In this document: positions 21,674 through 32,104 of the stretch, piece after piece
Numbering within the stretch: position 1 is the first letter of the stretch
Layout: each line of letters opens with the position of its first letter
Origin: Syntrophales bacterium
GTDB taxonomy: Bacteria > Desulfobacterota > Syntrophia > Syntrophales > PHBD01
Assembly: GCA_963668175.1 (NCBI GenBank)
Contig: OY764159.1
Span: forward strand, 4,000,001-4,064,000
DNA length: 64,000 nucleotides
Direction of reading: 5' to 3'
The notes under the pieces: generated by a model
The model's database searches: none
Told to the model about the DNA's origin: nothing
The model's input: the letters and a program-made list of their open reading frames with translations, nothing else
Made by a program: the position numbers and the translations under genes

Positions 21674-22262
21674 TTTTCACCATGATTCCGCCGGTGGAAT
21701 ATCCGGACCGCATGGGATAATCCCGGTAGGCGATGTCCTTGAATATCCCCGTTCGTGCTTCTTGAACGGTCATGACCAGTTCGTCGTCGACGAAGACCCG
21801 GCCATCCCCGATGGCAATGCTCGCCCCCGACTCCTTCAAATGCGAATAGCGTCTCACATCCACTTCATAGCGGACGCACCGGTTATAGGGCCGGATCTGT
21901 CCGTTGAACGACACCTCCCCGCAGCCGAGGGCCCTTCCCGACCCCAGGGCACCGCTCCAGGTGCAGAAGTAGCCGAGGAGCTGCCATATGGCATCCACAC
22001 AGAGGCATCCCGGCTGAACGGGATCGCCCAGCATATGGCACTGGAAATACCAGGCATCCAGCCGGACGTCCTGCTCCGCAACGACGGACCCGCGCCGGCC
22101 TTCGCTTTTTATGGAGAGGATGCGGTCCACCATCAGAAACGGCGGTGCCGGCAGCCTGCCGTCGAAATCCGCGGGAGGGTCCTCGATCAATCTTCCATAG
22201 GCAAAGGCCAGCAATTCCTCGAAACGGAATTCATGGCGCTGTCGATACTCGTTATAGGTCAT
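21663..22262 (-). CDS. fabA: FabA-like 3-hydroxyacyl-ACP dehydratase/isomerase
   Basis: LPAPPFLMVDRI and WYFQCHMLGDPVQPGCLCVDAIWQLLG (His/Asp dyad typical of FabA), GRALG. Confidence 0.85.
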   Translation of the reverse strand: MTYNEYRQRHEFRFEELLAFAYGRLIEDPPADFDGRLPAPPFLMVDRILSIKSEGRRGSVVAEQDVRLDAWYFQCHMLGDPVQPGCLCVDAIWQLLGYFCTWSGALGSGRALGCGEVSFNGQIRPYNRCVRYEVDVRRYSHLKESGASIAIGDGRVFVDDELVMTVQEARTGIFKDIAYRDYPMRSGYSTGGIMVKNDE

Positions 22263-22305
22263 CCCGTCATCTTCTTCGATTCAAGTACCGTAAAAACGCT
22301 TCCAT

Positions 22306-23292
22306 CTATGCTTCAACGGACAGGAGCATATGGCCCCAGGTCAATCCCGCCCCAACCAGGGCGATTGCCGCCTGGTCGCCGGGACGGAGTTCATCCCAGT
22401 GCTGGCTCAAGACGGAAGGCCCTCCGGCGCAGCCCTGGTTTCCGTAAAATTCGACATTATGCCAGTGGTCCCCTTCGGCGACGCCGCACCGTTCGCAGAC
22501 GGTCTGCAACATTCCCAGATTGGCCTGATGGCCGATGAATATCAGGCAGGCACCGTTGTTCCTTGCTTCGGATTGCAGAGTCCGCAGGGAATCGGTTGTC
22601 CGCCGGATCGCAAAACCCTGAACGGCGCTTCCATCCTGCCAGAAATACCCGTTCCGCGGCACCCTGGCCTTGTCCCACGACGACGGTTTGGAGCCGCATT
22701 CGCAGTGGGTGACGATTTTCCCGGCCGGGACCGACGCCGACACGACGCAGGCGGCACTGCCATCGCCAAAGAGGACGGCGTTGGCCCGGTCGGAATAATC
22801 GATCGAACGGGTCACATTGTCCGGCTGGACAAGGAGGATGAACGGCGGCAAGGCCTCCGGCCTCATCCTGGACAGGAAATTCATCTGGACGCCGAAAGTG
22901 GAGCAGGCCGAATTCAGATCGAAGCAGGGGGCTTCGATGCCCAGTTCGGAGGCAATCGTGGCGGCCTCGGCGGGCGTTAGTGTATCGGGGATGGAACTGC
23001 CGGATATGACGAGGCCGATATCGCAAGACGAAAGGCCGGCACGCTCAAGGGCCATCCGGGCGGCGGCGGCGCCCGTCTTGGCGTTGCATGTCATACTGGC
23101 CTCATAGGCCTCCCTCGGATCCCTGTTCTTCGTTTGTTTGATATAATCGAGGGGAAGGACGGAATGACGGGTGTGAATCCCGACCCGTTCCAGAATCCAT
23201 TCTTCGCTCGTACCGATGTCCAGCTCTTCCAGGAACCGGTTTGTGATGATGTTGTCGGGATGGTAATGGCCGATGCCGTGCAGATATAACAT
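22306..23292 (-). CDS. Ketoacyl-ACP synthase III (FabH-like)
   Basis: TSEEWILERVGI, Cys (NSACS), LFGDGSAA, His (GHQAN), Asn (YGN), GAGLTWG. Confidence 0.9.
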   Translation of the reverse strand: MLYLHGIGHYHPDNIITNRFLEELDIGTSEEWILERVGIHTRHSVLPLDYIKQTKNRDPREAYEASMTCNAKTGAAAARMALERAGLSSCDIGLVISGSSIPDTLTPAEAATIASELGIEAPCFDLNSACSTFGVQMNFLSRMRPEALPPFILLVQPDNVTRSIDYSDRANAVLFGDGSAACVVSASVPAGKIVTHCECGSKPSSWDKARVPRNGYFWQDGSAVQGFAIRRTTDSLRTLQSEARNNGACLIFIGHQANLGMLQTVCERCGVAEGDHWHNVEFYGNQGCAGGPSVLSQHWDELRPGDQAAIALVGAGLTWGHMLLSVEA

Positions 23293-23296
23293 ACGC

Positions 23297-24496
23297 TTAT
23301 AAGATCTCCCGTCCGATAATCATGTTTTGAACCTCCCTCACACCCTCATAAATATCGATGATATGCGCATCCCGAACCAGTTTCGAAATCTCGTACTCGG
23401 CCGTAAAGCCGTACCCCCCATGCAGGTGCAGACCCTCGTTGGCGCAGTAAAGGGCGGCCTCCGCCGCCGTATTTTTAGCCAGCGATGCATAGAGCCCCCG
23501 GTCCTCCGCCTTTTCCTGAACCTTGAAGGCCGCCTTCATCAGGGCGAGTTCGGCCAGTTCGACCTTTTTCCACAGGGATACGATCGTCTCCCTGGCGACG
23601 GGCAGGTCGGCGATCCTCTGGCCGAATTGCTGGCGCATCTTCGTGTACTCGACCGTCACATCGAGGGCGCGCCTCGCAAGGCCGACGCCGATGGCCGCCA
23701 CCATCGGCCTGGCGTAATCCAGGACGTCGACGATGTATTTGAAGCCCTGCCTTCGATCGCCGATGATCTGATCGTCTTCCAGGACGACATCCTCGAAGCT
23801 GACGCTCGCCGTGTTCGACATGCGCTGGCCCAGTTTATCCTCAGGCTTGCCGATGACGACCCTGCCGCCTCCCGCAAGGACAACTTCGCGCCCCCTGCCA
23901 GTCTCCACACCCGCATCGCCGGGCAGCAGCGGGGGAACCGGAACGACGACACAGGCCATGAAGTTCCCCGTCGGCTTGCCGACTTTGCAGAAAACGGTGA
24001 ACTGGGAGGCGAAGGACGCATTCGTGATGAAGCATTTGGACCCGTTCAGGACATATTTGCCGTCATTCCGTTTGCCGATGAAGGTCGTCATCGCCGAATT
24101 GTCCGATCCCGCATTGGGTTCCGTGAGACAGAAGGATGCCAGCAGCGGTTTCTCCGTGAACGGCCTGAGAAAGGCCTCTTTCTGGGACTGTGTACCCTGC
24201 TGGGCTATGGCCGCATTGGCCAGGTCGTTGCACATGGCGGAGGTGGAAATTCCCGTATCGCCGTAAGAAAGCTCCCGGATGATCAATGCCGACGATACGA
24301 CATCGACCTCGTATCCCTTGACGGATTCGGGAATGCATAGGTTTAGAATCCCGAGTTCCCATATCTTCGTAATGATATCCCAGGGAAATCGATGCTCCCC
24401 ATCCCATACCAGGACGTTGGGCGTGATTTCGCTCCGGACGAACCTGACGACGGTGTCGATATACATTTGCTGCTGCTCTGTTAGCGTGAAATCCAC
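23297..24496 (-). CDS. Acyl-CoA (possibly acyl-ACP) dehydrogenase
   Basis: CLTEPNAGSD, LNGSKCFITN, KLGQR, RQQFG, HGGYG, IYEG motifs. Confidence 0.93.
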   Translation of the reverse strand: MDFTLTEQQQMYIDTVVRFVRSEITPNVLVWDGEHRFPWDIITKIWELGILNLCIPESVKGYEVDVVSSALIIRELSYGDTGISTSAMCNDLANAAIAQQGTQSQKEAFLRPFTEKPLLASFCLTEPNAGSDNSAMTTFIGKRNDGKYVLNGSKCFITNASFASQFTVFCKVGKPTGNFMACVVVPVPPLLPGDAGVETGRGREVVLAGGGRVVIGKPEDKLGQRMSNTASVSFEDVVLEDDQIIGDRRQGFKYIVDVLDYARPMVAAIGVGLARRALDVTVEYTKMRQQFGQRIADLPVARETIVSLWKKVELAELALMKAAFKVQEKAEDRGLYASLAKNTAAEAALYCANEGLHLHGGYGFTAEYEISKLVRDAHIIDIYEGVREVQNMIIGREIL

Positions 24497-24549
24497 GATC
24501 GATCCTTATAATAATGTTCGGCAAGTGCCGTTTAACACATCCGGCAATC

Positions 24550-25497
24550 TCAGTTGGAACCGGCAAATATCCTCATCGCCGCCGACAGGGTCGTCACGGA
24601 GAGGCAGTCGACCTGCATGGTTTTGAAGAATTCCCGAAGGGGCCGGCCCGGTCCTATTTCATAGATCGCCGCCGAATGTTTCGAGAGTGCCGCCATGTTG
24701 CTCCTCCACTGCACAGGATTGCTGATCTGGAAGACGAGATCCCGGATCACTTCATCGACCAGATCGCTGTGGAACCCCCCCGTATAATTGGACGTTACAC
24801 GGGTTGTCCTTCGCATATCGAGCGCCGAGGCCATTTCCTGAAGCGCATCTTCGAACGGCCTTTCGATTCTTCTCATGAACCGGCTGTGAAACGGCGCGCT
24901 CACATTGAGAGGTACAAAGTGAAAATTCTGATCGTCCGGCATCGTCCCCATGACCCGGAGGGCGGCAGCCGACATGGAATCGGCCGACCCGCTGATCACA
25001 ACCTGCTGAATGGAATTGACGTTGGCGACATCGACGGGAAGATCGTCGAGGGCCTTTTGAATGGCTCCGGCGTCGAGACGGTCGGAGATGACTGCCGACA
25101 TGCCGCCGATCCCTATGGGCGCCGCATCCTGCATCAATCTTCCCCGAAGGTGGACGATCTTCAGCGCATCGGCGAAAGGCAGGGCCCCGGCGGCAACCAG
25201 CGCGGTGAATTCGCCGAGGCTGTGACCGCCGAAAATATCCGGTTCGAATCCGAAAAGACTCTTTAATCCCCGGAGCATGGCGATCTCCGTCGTCAGAATG
25301 CACGGCTGCGTGTATTCCGTAAGGTCGAGCCTCGCATCTTCGCCGAAGCAAAGTTCCCCGACATTCCATCCCAGGGCATCGGATGCCTCTGCATATGTAT
25401 CGCGGCTTGCGACAATACGATCGTAAAAATCCTTACCCATGCCGGGTCTCTGTGACCCCTGGCCGGGAAACACGGCGGCTACTTGACGTTCTTTCAT
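24550..25497 (-). CDS. fabD: Malonyl-CoA:ACP transacylase
   Basis: FPGQGSQ, TQP, GHSLGE, VSAPFHS, EIGPG motifs. Confidence 0.95.
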   Translation of the reverse strand: MKERQVAAVFPGQGSQRPGMGKDFYDRIVASRDTYAEASDALGWNVGELCFGEDARLDLTEYTQPCILTTEIAMLRGLKSLFGFEPDIFGGHSLGEFTALVAAGALPFADALKIVHLRGRLMQDAAPIGIGGMSAVISDRLDAGAIQKALDDLPVDVANVNSIQQVVISGSADSMSAAALRVMGTMPDDQNFHFVPLNVSAPFHSRFMRRIERPFEDALQEMASALDMRRTTRVTSNYTGGFHSDLVDEVIRDLVFQISNPVQWRSNMAALSKHSAAIYEIGPGRPLREFFKTMQVDCLSVTTLSAAMRIFAGSN

Positions 25498-25574
25498 CGG
25501 TATCCCCTCCTGCCCGTTGTTTCAATCCATCCGTTATGCCGTTCGCGCATCGCGCTGCATGACGACGACGCAGA

Positions 25575-25590
25575 AGCACTATCCATGCCA
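25575..25590 (-). promoter_or_regulatory. Putative sigma54 (-24/-12) promoter of the lipid cluster
   Basis: Minus strand TGGCATGGATAGTGCT has GG-N10-GC spacing with TGGCA, about 80 nt upstream of fabD. Confidence 0.65.
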
Positions 25591-25962
25591 ATCGCGACCG
25601 GCGGTCACACGAACAGATTTAACTTGTCGAATATAAAAGGTTATAAATCGATTTATTCACCGGCCGTGCGGCTGGACAGGAAGGGATACGGGCCCGGTTT
25701 TTCTGCATACGCTTTTTCACAGTGCGAACGGGGCTACACAACCGGGAGCGCCCAGTAGCGGCTTCGAAAACTACGGCCGGCCTTTGCGATTCCGTTGAGA
25801 CAACCTTGATCATTGACCGCCTTGGTGATATAAGGGCTATGCAGTAAATATTCTCTTTCCTTTTCCTTAACTGGCATCCTTTGCAGTCAAATTGCATTCT
25901 TTACGCCGGACGCGCCATCAAGCCTTCCGGACGTGGTTCAGTCATCATTTTCATAATCTATT

Positions 25963-27645
25963 ATGAGGATTCGATCGATGCTTCATGAACCTACTCACCT
26001 GGAAATGAAACAGGAAATTGAAGATTTCAAAGAAGCCCTGGCGGCGCAGAAACAGATTGAAGAAGCCCTCAGGGAAAGCAAGCAGATCTACAAAATGATC
26101 TCCGAAAAATCGTTTGCCGGCATCTATGTCGTGCAGGACGGTAAATTCCGTGCCGTCAACCCCAGTGCCGCCTTCTATGCCGGATACACGATAGGGGAGT
26201 TAACCGGAATGAAATCGGACTGCATCGTCCATCCCGACGACCGTCTCCAAGTTAAGCGCGATGCCCGCGCCATGCTGCGGGGCGAACGGGTATCGCCCTA
26301 TGAATTCCGGATCATCACGAAAGACGGTCAAATACGCTGGATCATGGAAACGGTGACGTCCATATTCTTCGAAGGGCGGCCGGCCATCCTCGGCAATTCG
26401 ATGAACATCACCGATCGCAAGCAGATCGAAGAACGATTGAAGGAGTCCGAAAACCTTTACCGGGCCATCTTCGAGACGACACCCGCGGCGACCATCATCG
26501 TCGAAGAAGATACGACCATCTCCCTCGTCAATTCGCAATTCGAAAAGCTTTCCGGCTACCGCAAAGAGGAGTGGGAAGGTAAGAAGTCGTGGACCGAGTT
26601 CGCAGCACCCAAAGATGTCGAACGCATGATGCATTATCATCACCGGCGGCGCACGAGCCCCGGCCTGGTACCCCGGAATTACGAATTCAGCCTCATCGAC
26701 AGTCTCGGCCGCACGCGGGAAGTGACACTCATCGTCGATATGATTCCGGGGACGAAGAAGAGCGTCGCCTCGCTGCTCGATATCACGGAACGCAAGAGGT
26801 CCGAGGAAAAGATGCTGGAGAGCGAGAACCTGTACCGGACCATTTTCGAAACCACGGGCACGGCAACCATCATCGTGGAAGAAGACATGACGGTATCCCT
26901 CGTCAATACGGAGTTCGAGAAGATGTCCGGGTCACCCAAATCCTGCTGGGAGGGAAAGAGAAGCTGGACGGAGTTCGCATCGAAAAAGGACGTTACCAGA
27001 ATGAAGAAGTACCACTTCGCCCGGAGGGTGGACCCCAATCTGGCGCCCCGAAACTATGAATTCGGCTTCATCGACCGGCAGAAAAACCTCAAGGACACCA
27101 TCATCACCATTTCAATGATCCCCGGAACCAAGAAGAGCGTGGCTTCCTTTGTCGATATCACCGAACGGAAACGGGCCGAAAAGGAATTGAAAAAAAGGGA
27201 GGCGGAACTGCAGATCAATTCCGCCAACCTGCAGGAGGTCAATACGGCCCTCCGGATTCTTCTGAAGCAAAGGGAAGAGGACAAGAACGAATTGGAAAGC
27301 AAGGTCCTGTCGAACGTCAAGGAGCTGGTTCTGCCCTATATCGATAAGATCAAGAAGCTTCGCATGGACAAGAGGGGACTGGCCTATATCGAAAGCCTCG
27401 AATCGAACCTGAAGGACATCATCTCGCCGTTTTCCTACAAGCTGTCCTCCCAATATCTCAATCTGACGCCGAAGGAACTGCAAGTGGCCAACCTGATCCG
27501 GGAGGGAAAAACGAGCAAGGAGATTGCCGAAATGACCAATGTCTCCCGCAGCGCCATCGATATCCACCGTTACCGCATCCGGAACAAGCTGGGACTGAAC
27601 AACAAGAAAGCGAATCTCCGTTCATACCTGTCATCTTTCACATAA
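25963..27645 (+). CDS. LuxR-family regulator with three PAS/PAC domains
   Basis: Three PAS-PAC units ending NITDR, DITER, DITER, a coiled coil, then LTPKELQVANLIREGKTSKEIA...HRYRIRNKLG. Confidence 0.92.
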   Translation: MRIRSMLHEPTHLEMKQEIEDFKEALAAQKQIEEALRESKQIYKMISEKSFAGIYVVQDGKFRAVNPSAAFYAGYTIGELTGMKSDCIVHPDDRLQVKRDARAMLRGERVSPYEFRIITKDGQIRWIMETVTSIFFEGRPAILGNSMNITDRKQIEERLKESENLYRAIFETTPAATIIVEEDTTISLVNSQFEKLSGYRKEEWEGKKSWTEFAAPKDVERMMHYHHRRRTSPGLVPRNYEFSLIDSLGRTREVTLIVDMIPGTKKSVASLLDITERKRSEEKMLESENLYRTIFETTGTATIIVEEDMTVSLVNTEFEKMSGSPKSCWEGKRSWTEFASKKDVTRMKKYHFARRVDPNLAPRNYEFGFIDRQKNLKDTIITISMIPGTKKSVASFVDITERKRAEKELKKREAELQINSANLQEVNTALRILLKQREEDKNELESKVLSNVKELVLPYIDKIKKLRMDKRGLAYIESLESNLKDIISPFSYKLSSQYLNLTPKELQVANLIREGKTSKEIAEMTNVSRSAIDIHRYRIRNKLGLNNKKANLRSYLSSFT

Positions 27646-28196
27646 TATTACATTTTATGTATAATATTTATCGAGTTATTTTAATATTGCATTTTATTCC
27701 CTCTTTTCCTAAATCTTACATACTTCTCAATCAACACTTTCTACGCCGGCTGCGACTGAACAAGATACAGTCTGTCGGGAATTCAGTCGTATTCATATTC
27801 ACATAGATGATTCACCCATTCATACGGTTCGCTTCGTAGTGCCTGATTGCGTGCGAAGGTGAAAGTACCTCAAGCAGTCTTAAGAACAATATATTCTCCA
27901 CTTAACGGACATGTGCACGGTCATGGGGGATGCCTGAGGATGATCGGCGAAGTCGGCAAAGCGCCGACCGTCGTACCTTTATCCCGCTGAGCGGCTATCA
28001 AATTCATGGTTGGCAGGGCGTTATTCGCCGCGCTGTATCTTCTTCTGTCTCTTGGAAGAATTACGGAAGAAGGATTGTAGCGTGCGGAAGCAAGATGGTG
28101 TATATGAAGCCGATGTTCCAACCATGCAGTTAAAAACCGATCATCAGTGGCACGAACGGCCCAGGCCGTAAAAAAATACAATGAAGGAGATTTATC

Positions 28197-29051
28197 ATGG
28201 AAATCAAGAAGGTCTGCGTATTGGGAGCAGGATTGATGGGAAACGGCATAGCGCAGGTGTGCGCCCAGGCGGGCTATACGGTGACGCTTCGTGACATCGA
28301 GCAGAGGTTCATCGACGGCGGCATGAAGACGATCACGAAGAACCTGAGCAAGGACGTGGAGAAGGGAAAACGGAGCCAGGAGGAGATGGACGCGATCCTC
28401 GGCCGGATCAAGCCGACGCTGGATATGAAGGAAGCGGCGACGGGGGCGGACATCGTCGTGGAAGTCGTGATCGAAGTGATGGACGTAAAGAAGCAGGTTT
28501 ACACGGAACTGGAAAAGATCGTTCCGGACCACTGTCTCTACTTCACGAACACGTCGGGACTGAGCATTACGGAGATGGCGGCGATCACGAAACGGCCGGA
28601 CCGTTTCATCGGGACGCACTTCTTCAACCCGGTGCCGGTGATGCGCCTGCTTGAGATCATCCGGGGTTACGAGACGTCGGAGGAGACGCTGGAGACGGCG
28701 AAAGCCTGGGGGAAGAAGATCGGCAAGGAAGTGATCGTGGTGAAAGAGGCGCCGGCGTTTGCGGTGAACCGGATCCTGTGCGTGATGCTGAACGAGGCGT
28801 TCTTTGCGCTGGACGAGGGGATAGCGACGGCGGAGGATATCGACAAGGGGATGGTGCTGGGCTGCAATCATCCGATCGGCCCGCTGGCCCTGTCGGACCT
28901 GGTGGGCAACGAGACGCTCCTGCGGGTGGTGGAAGGTCTGCACCGCGAGCTGGGGGACAAGTACCGTCCGGCTCCGCTGTTGAGGAAACTGGTGAGGGCG
29001 GGCCGCTACGGCAGAAAGACGGGCAAAGGGGTTTACGAATATACGAAGTGA
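28197..29051 (+). CDS. hbd: 3-hydroxyacyl(butyryl)-CoA dehydrogenase
   Basis: [39 protein letters not shown] motifs; AAGGAG RBS. Confidence 0.93.
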   Translation: MEIKKVCVLGAGLMGNGIAQVCAQAGYTVTLRDIEQRFIDGGMKTITKNLSKDVEKGKRSQEEMDAILGRIKPTLDMKEAATGADIVVEVVIEVMDVKKQVYTELEKIVPDHCLYFTNTSGLSITEMAAITKRPDRFIGTHFFNPVPVMRLLEIIRGYETSEETLETAKAWGKKIGKEVIVVKEAPAFAVNRILCVMLNEAFFALDEGIATAEDIDKGMVLGCNHPIGPLALSDLVGNETLLRVVEGLHRELGDKYRPAPLLRKLVRAGRYGRKTGKGVYEYTK

Positions 29052-29214
29052 TTGTTGCGGCCGCACTGGAAAAGAAACCGGGGGGAGTCCCATGCGGCAG
29101 ACGGATAAGGCAGACAAGGAAAGGAGGTGAAGACGTAGTAAGCGGGCAGCAGATTCCTATACGTGAGATCTTATCGACCAGCATTTCGTGAAGTCATCAA
29201 AAGGAGGGAACGTT

Positions 29215-30540
29215 ATGCCAGTCTTTAGCCATTACGTTAAGAACAAATTCAAGAAACCGGCACCCCTGAAGGGCGTCCGGGTTCTTGAAGTATGCACGCT
29301 CCTGTTCGGACCGTCCGGTCCGTCATTTCTGGCCGAGATGGGGGCCGAAGTGATCAAGATCGAATTGCCGCCCATGGGCGACGTAACCCGCTCCCTGAAC
29401 CCGTTCGGATGGTTCTACAAGGAGCAGTCGCCGATGTTCATGCATATCAATCCGAACAAGTATTATATGGCCCTGGATCTCCATATCGACATCGGACAGC
29501 AGATATTCAAGGAACTGGCGGCCAAATCCGACATTATCGAATTCAACTTAAGACCAGGCGTCACCCGCCGCTGGAACATCGGCTACGAACAGATCAGGGA
29601 GGTGAATCCGGGCATCATCTACATCGAAAAGAACGGTTTCGGTCAGTGGGGTCTCTACGCCGAGCAGGACCGGCCCTCAAATGACGGAGCAGCCCAGGCC
29701 CTGGCCGGATATGCGTGGATGTCGAGTTTTCCGGGCCGCCCACCGCTGAAGCAGGCCATCTGGATCTGCGATTACTACGGCGGCCTCATGGGCGAAGTAG
29801 CCGTCCTAGCCGCTTTGCACCACCGCAAAAAGACCGGCAAAGGTCAGTTCATCGAAATGTCGCAGATAGAAAACATCATGAGAACGATGGGCTGGGTATG
29901 GCCTTATCAGCAATTCACCGGCAAAGGCGTCGATCCGGTGGGGAACCGCGACATGTGCATCTGCCCGGCCGATACGTTCCTCTGCAAAGACAATCTGCTT
30001 GTTGCCCTTGCCGCCCCGGCGCCCGACGAATTCAAGGGGCTGTGCATCGCCATGGGGAAGCCCGAACTGGCTGAAGACCCCCGTTTCAAGGAACATACCG
30101 TCCGCCTGAAGGACGAAAACGCCTTGGCCATCCTTTCAATCATCGCCGACTGGGCCAGGACGAAGACCGCGGAAGAAATCGAAAATCTCGGTAAAGTAAA
30201 CTGTTTTTCCGCCACAAGGCTCCACAACGCCAAGGACATGAACACCGATCCACACCGCCGTGAGCGCGATTTCGTCAAAGAGATCGACGATCCCATGTAC
30301 GGCTGTTATATGGAGCATGAATTTCCGGTCATGATGTCGAAAACGCCGCCGAAGATCAAATGGACGGTCCGGCCGGTGGGTTTCGACAACGACTACGTCA
30401 TGGTGAAAATCCTCGGAAGAAACCAGGCCCAGATCGACGAATTATACATGCACGGCGTTCTGGGGAGATGGAAAGACCAACAGGGACGGCGGCCGCCGTC
30501 GGACTGGGACCAGCAATCCGGTCTTATCATAAGGAGGTGA
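29215..30540 (+). CDS. Family III (CaiB/BaiF) CoA-transferase, catalytic-type subunit
   Basis: PLKGVRVLE, GAEVIKIE, NPGII, GFGQWG, and ICDYYGG carrying the catalytic-position Asp. Confidence 0.9.
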   Translation: MPVFSHYVKNKFKKPAPLKGVRVLEVCTLLFGPSGPSFLAEMGAEVIKIELPPMGDVTRSLNPFGWFYKEQSPMFMHINPNKYYMALDLHIDIGQQIFKELAAKSDIIEFNLRPGVTRRWNIGYEQIREVNPGIIYIEKNGFGQWGLYAEQDRPSNDGAAQALAGYAWMSSFPGRPPLKQAIWICDYYGGLMGEVAVLAALHHRKKTGKGQFIEMSQIENIMRTMGWVWPYQQFTGKGVDPVGNRDMCICPADTFLCKDNLLVALAAPAPDEFKGLCIAMGKPELAEDPRFKEHTVRLKDENALAILSIIADWARTKTAEEIENLGKVNCFSATRLHNAKDMNTDPHRRERDFVKEIDDPMYGCYMEHEFPVMMSKTPPKIKWTVRPVGFDNDYVMVKILGRNQAQIDELYMHGVLGRWKDQQGRRPPSDWDQQSGLIIRR

Positions 30541-30546
30541 TTCATT

Positions 30547-31896
30547 ATGGCAGACCATAAGAGACCCAAATGGGCGGACTGGGCGGACTATATCAGGGCG
30601 CAGGACGATCCGTTGAAGAACTTCGAGAAGCCCGAGGCGCTCGACGATCTCGTTGTCCTGGACTTGAGCTCGCGGAGCATGGCCGGATGCTATTGTTCAT
30701 CGCTCCTTGCGGAATTGGGTGCCTTGACGATCCGTATCGAACAGCCAGGGGGAGACCTTGTCAGGACGTATTCCCCCAACGGCTTCATGCACCGAGACAC
30801 CGGTATGGCCTATCTCCAGGAAGGCCGCAACAAATACCATATCACCCTGAACCTGGAAACCGAAGAAGGCAGGGACATCCTCAAGGCGCTGGTCGCCAAC
30901 GCCGACATCCTGATTGAAACCTACCCGGCGGGCAAGATGGATCAATGGGGCATCGGTTATGAAGCCTTAAGCGAAATCAACCCAAGACTCATTTTCACGT
31001 CGATAAGCGGCTACGGCCAATTCGGGCCGGAAAGCGGGCGCAACCAGTACGACTACGACAATGTCTCCCAGGCACGTTCAGGCGTTCAATATGCCACCGG
31101 CGAAGTCCTGCCGGAAGGGAAGACGCTGGCAGACATGCCCTATGCGACATCCACCAAGGCCGGACCATGGATCGCCTGGGCCACTTCCGGCACTTTCGGG
31201 GCCGTCGGCATCCTCGCTGCCGTCTATTACCGAGAACTGACCGGCGAAGGTCAGGCCATCGACATTGCCACACCGGAAGCCTACGAACGGCTCAACGATT
31301 ACATGCTTCACTGGTATGCCGACCAGGGCGTCGTCAACGAGCGCTTCGGCAACCTCGACACCTGCCTGTGGCTCTACGGATTCTATCCCACCAAAGACGG
31401 CGGCGTCTTCCTCGGGGGGCTGCGGCTGGAGATGTGGAAGGCCTTCGTGGACATCATCGGCAAATACGACGAATGGGGCGCCGACCAGTGGACATCGCTG
31501 GCGCCTTTCATGAAGAAAGACTGGCAGCTCAAATATCAATCCATGATCAACCCGGAAACGGAGAAATACACCAGTCACGAATTGACGGAAAAGTCCATCG
31601 AATACGCCAAAAGCGGGCGCCTGGCGCCGATCACGCCGGTAGTGGCCGAAATCGTCCCGCCCCAGAAAACCATGCAGGACGAGGTGTGGCGTGACCGCGG
31701 CATCTTCACCCCCGTCCAGGACCCGGTCTACGGTTCCGTGATATGCGCCCAGTCGCAGTGGAAATCGACAGAAACGCCCCCGCGGACCAAGTGGGTCTGC
31801 CGGCCGGTGGGATTCGACAACGGTTACATCTATCTGAAATACCTTGGCTTCGGCCCGGTGAAACAGAAGGAATTGGAAGAAAAGGGCATCATTTAA
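30547..31896 (+). CDS. Family III (CaiB/BaiF) CoA-transferase, second subunit
   Basis: LDDLVVLD, GRNK, ADILIE, NPRLI, SGYGQFGP motifs. The segment equivalent to the catalytic Asp reads IAWATSG. Confidence 0.88.
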   Translation: MADHKRPKWADWADYIRAQDDPLKNFEKPEALDDLVVLDLSSRSMAGCYCSSLLAELGALTIRIEQPGGDLVRTYSPNGFMHRDTGMAYLQEGRNKYHITLNLETEEGRDILKALVANADILIETYPAGKMDQWGIGYEALSEINPRLIFTSISGYGQFGPESGRNQYDYDNVSQARSGVQYATGEVLPEGKTLADMPYATSTKAGPWIAWATSGTFGAVGILAAVYYRELTGEGQAIDIATPEAYERLNDYMLHWYADQGVVNERFGNLDTCLWLYGFYPTKDGGVFLGGLRLEMWKAFVDIIGKYDEWGADQWTSLAPFMKKDWQLKYQSMINPETEKYTSHELTEKSIEYAKSGRLAPITPVVAEIVPPQKTMQDEVWRDRGIFTPVQDPVYGSVICAQSQWKSTETPPRTKWVCRPVGFDNGYIYLKYLGFGPVKQKELEEKGII

Positions 31897-31979
31897 GGAG
31901 GCCTTTCGCAGGGAAACCGGTTTACCTGCGAAGGGCGGCACCATAGCACCAAGTGCGGCGAAAGCGAAGAAATAAGTCC

Positions 31980-32004
31980 CCGGCCCGGATGATGTCCGGG
32001 CCGG
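31980..32004. repeat. Perfect 10-bp inverted repeat (intergenic hairpin)
   Basis: CCGGCCCGGA-TGATG-TCCGGGCCGG, no U-tract. Confidence 0.55.
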
Positions 32005-32104
32005 TACGATGATCCATAACAGCCTTGCGTGTATTATAGCGGTACGTGAGGTCGGCTTGGCGTATCGTCTGTAATAAGATTAACGAAAAGGAAAGGATGG
32101 AGAA

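Noticed and set aside
28148..28162. TGGCACG upstream of hbd as a sigma54 site
   Set aside because: There is no GC at the -12 position (TGGCACGAACGGCCC).
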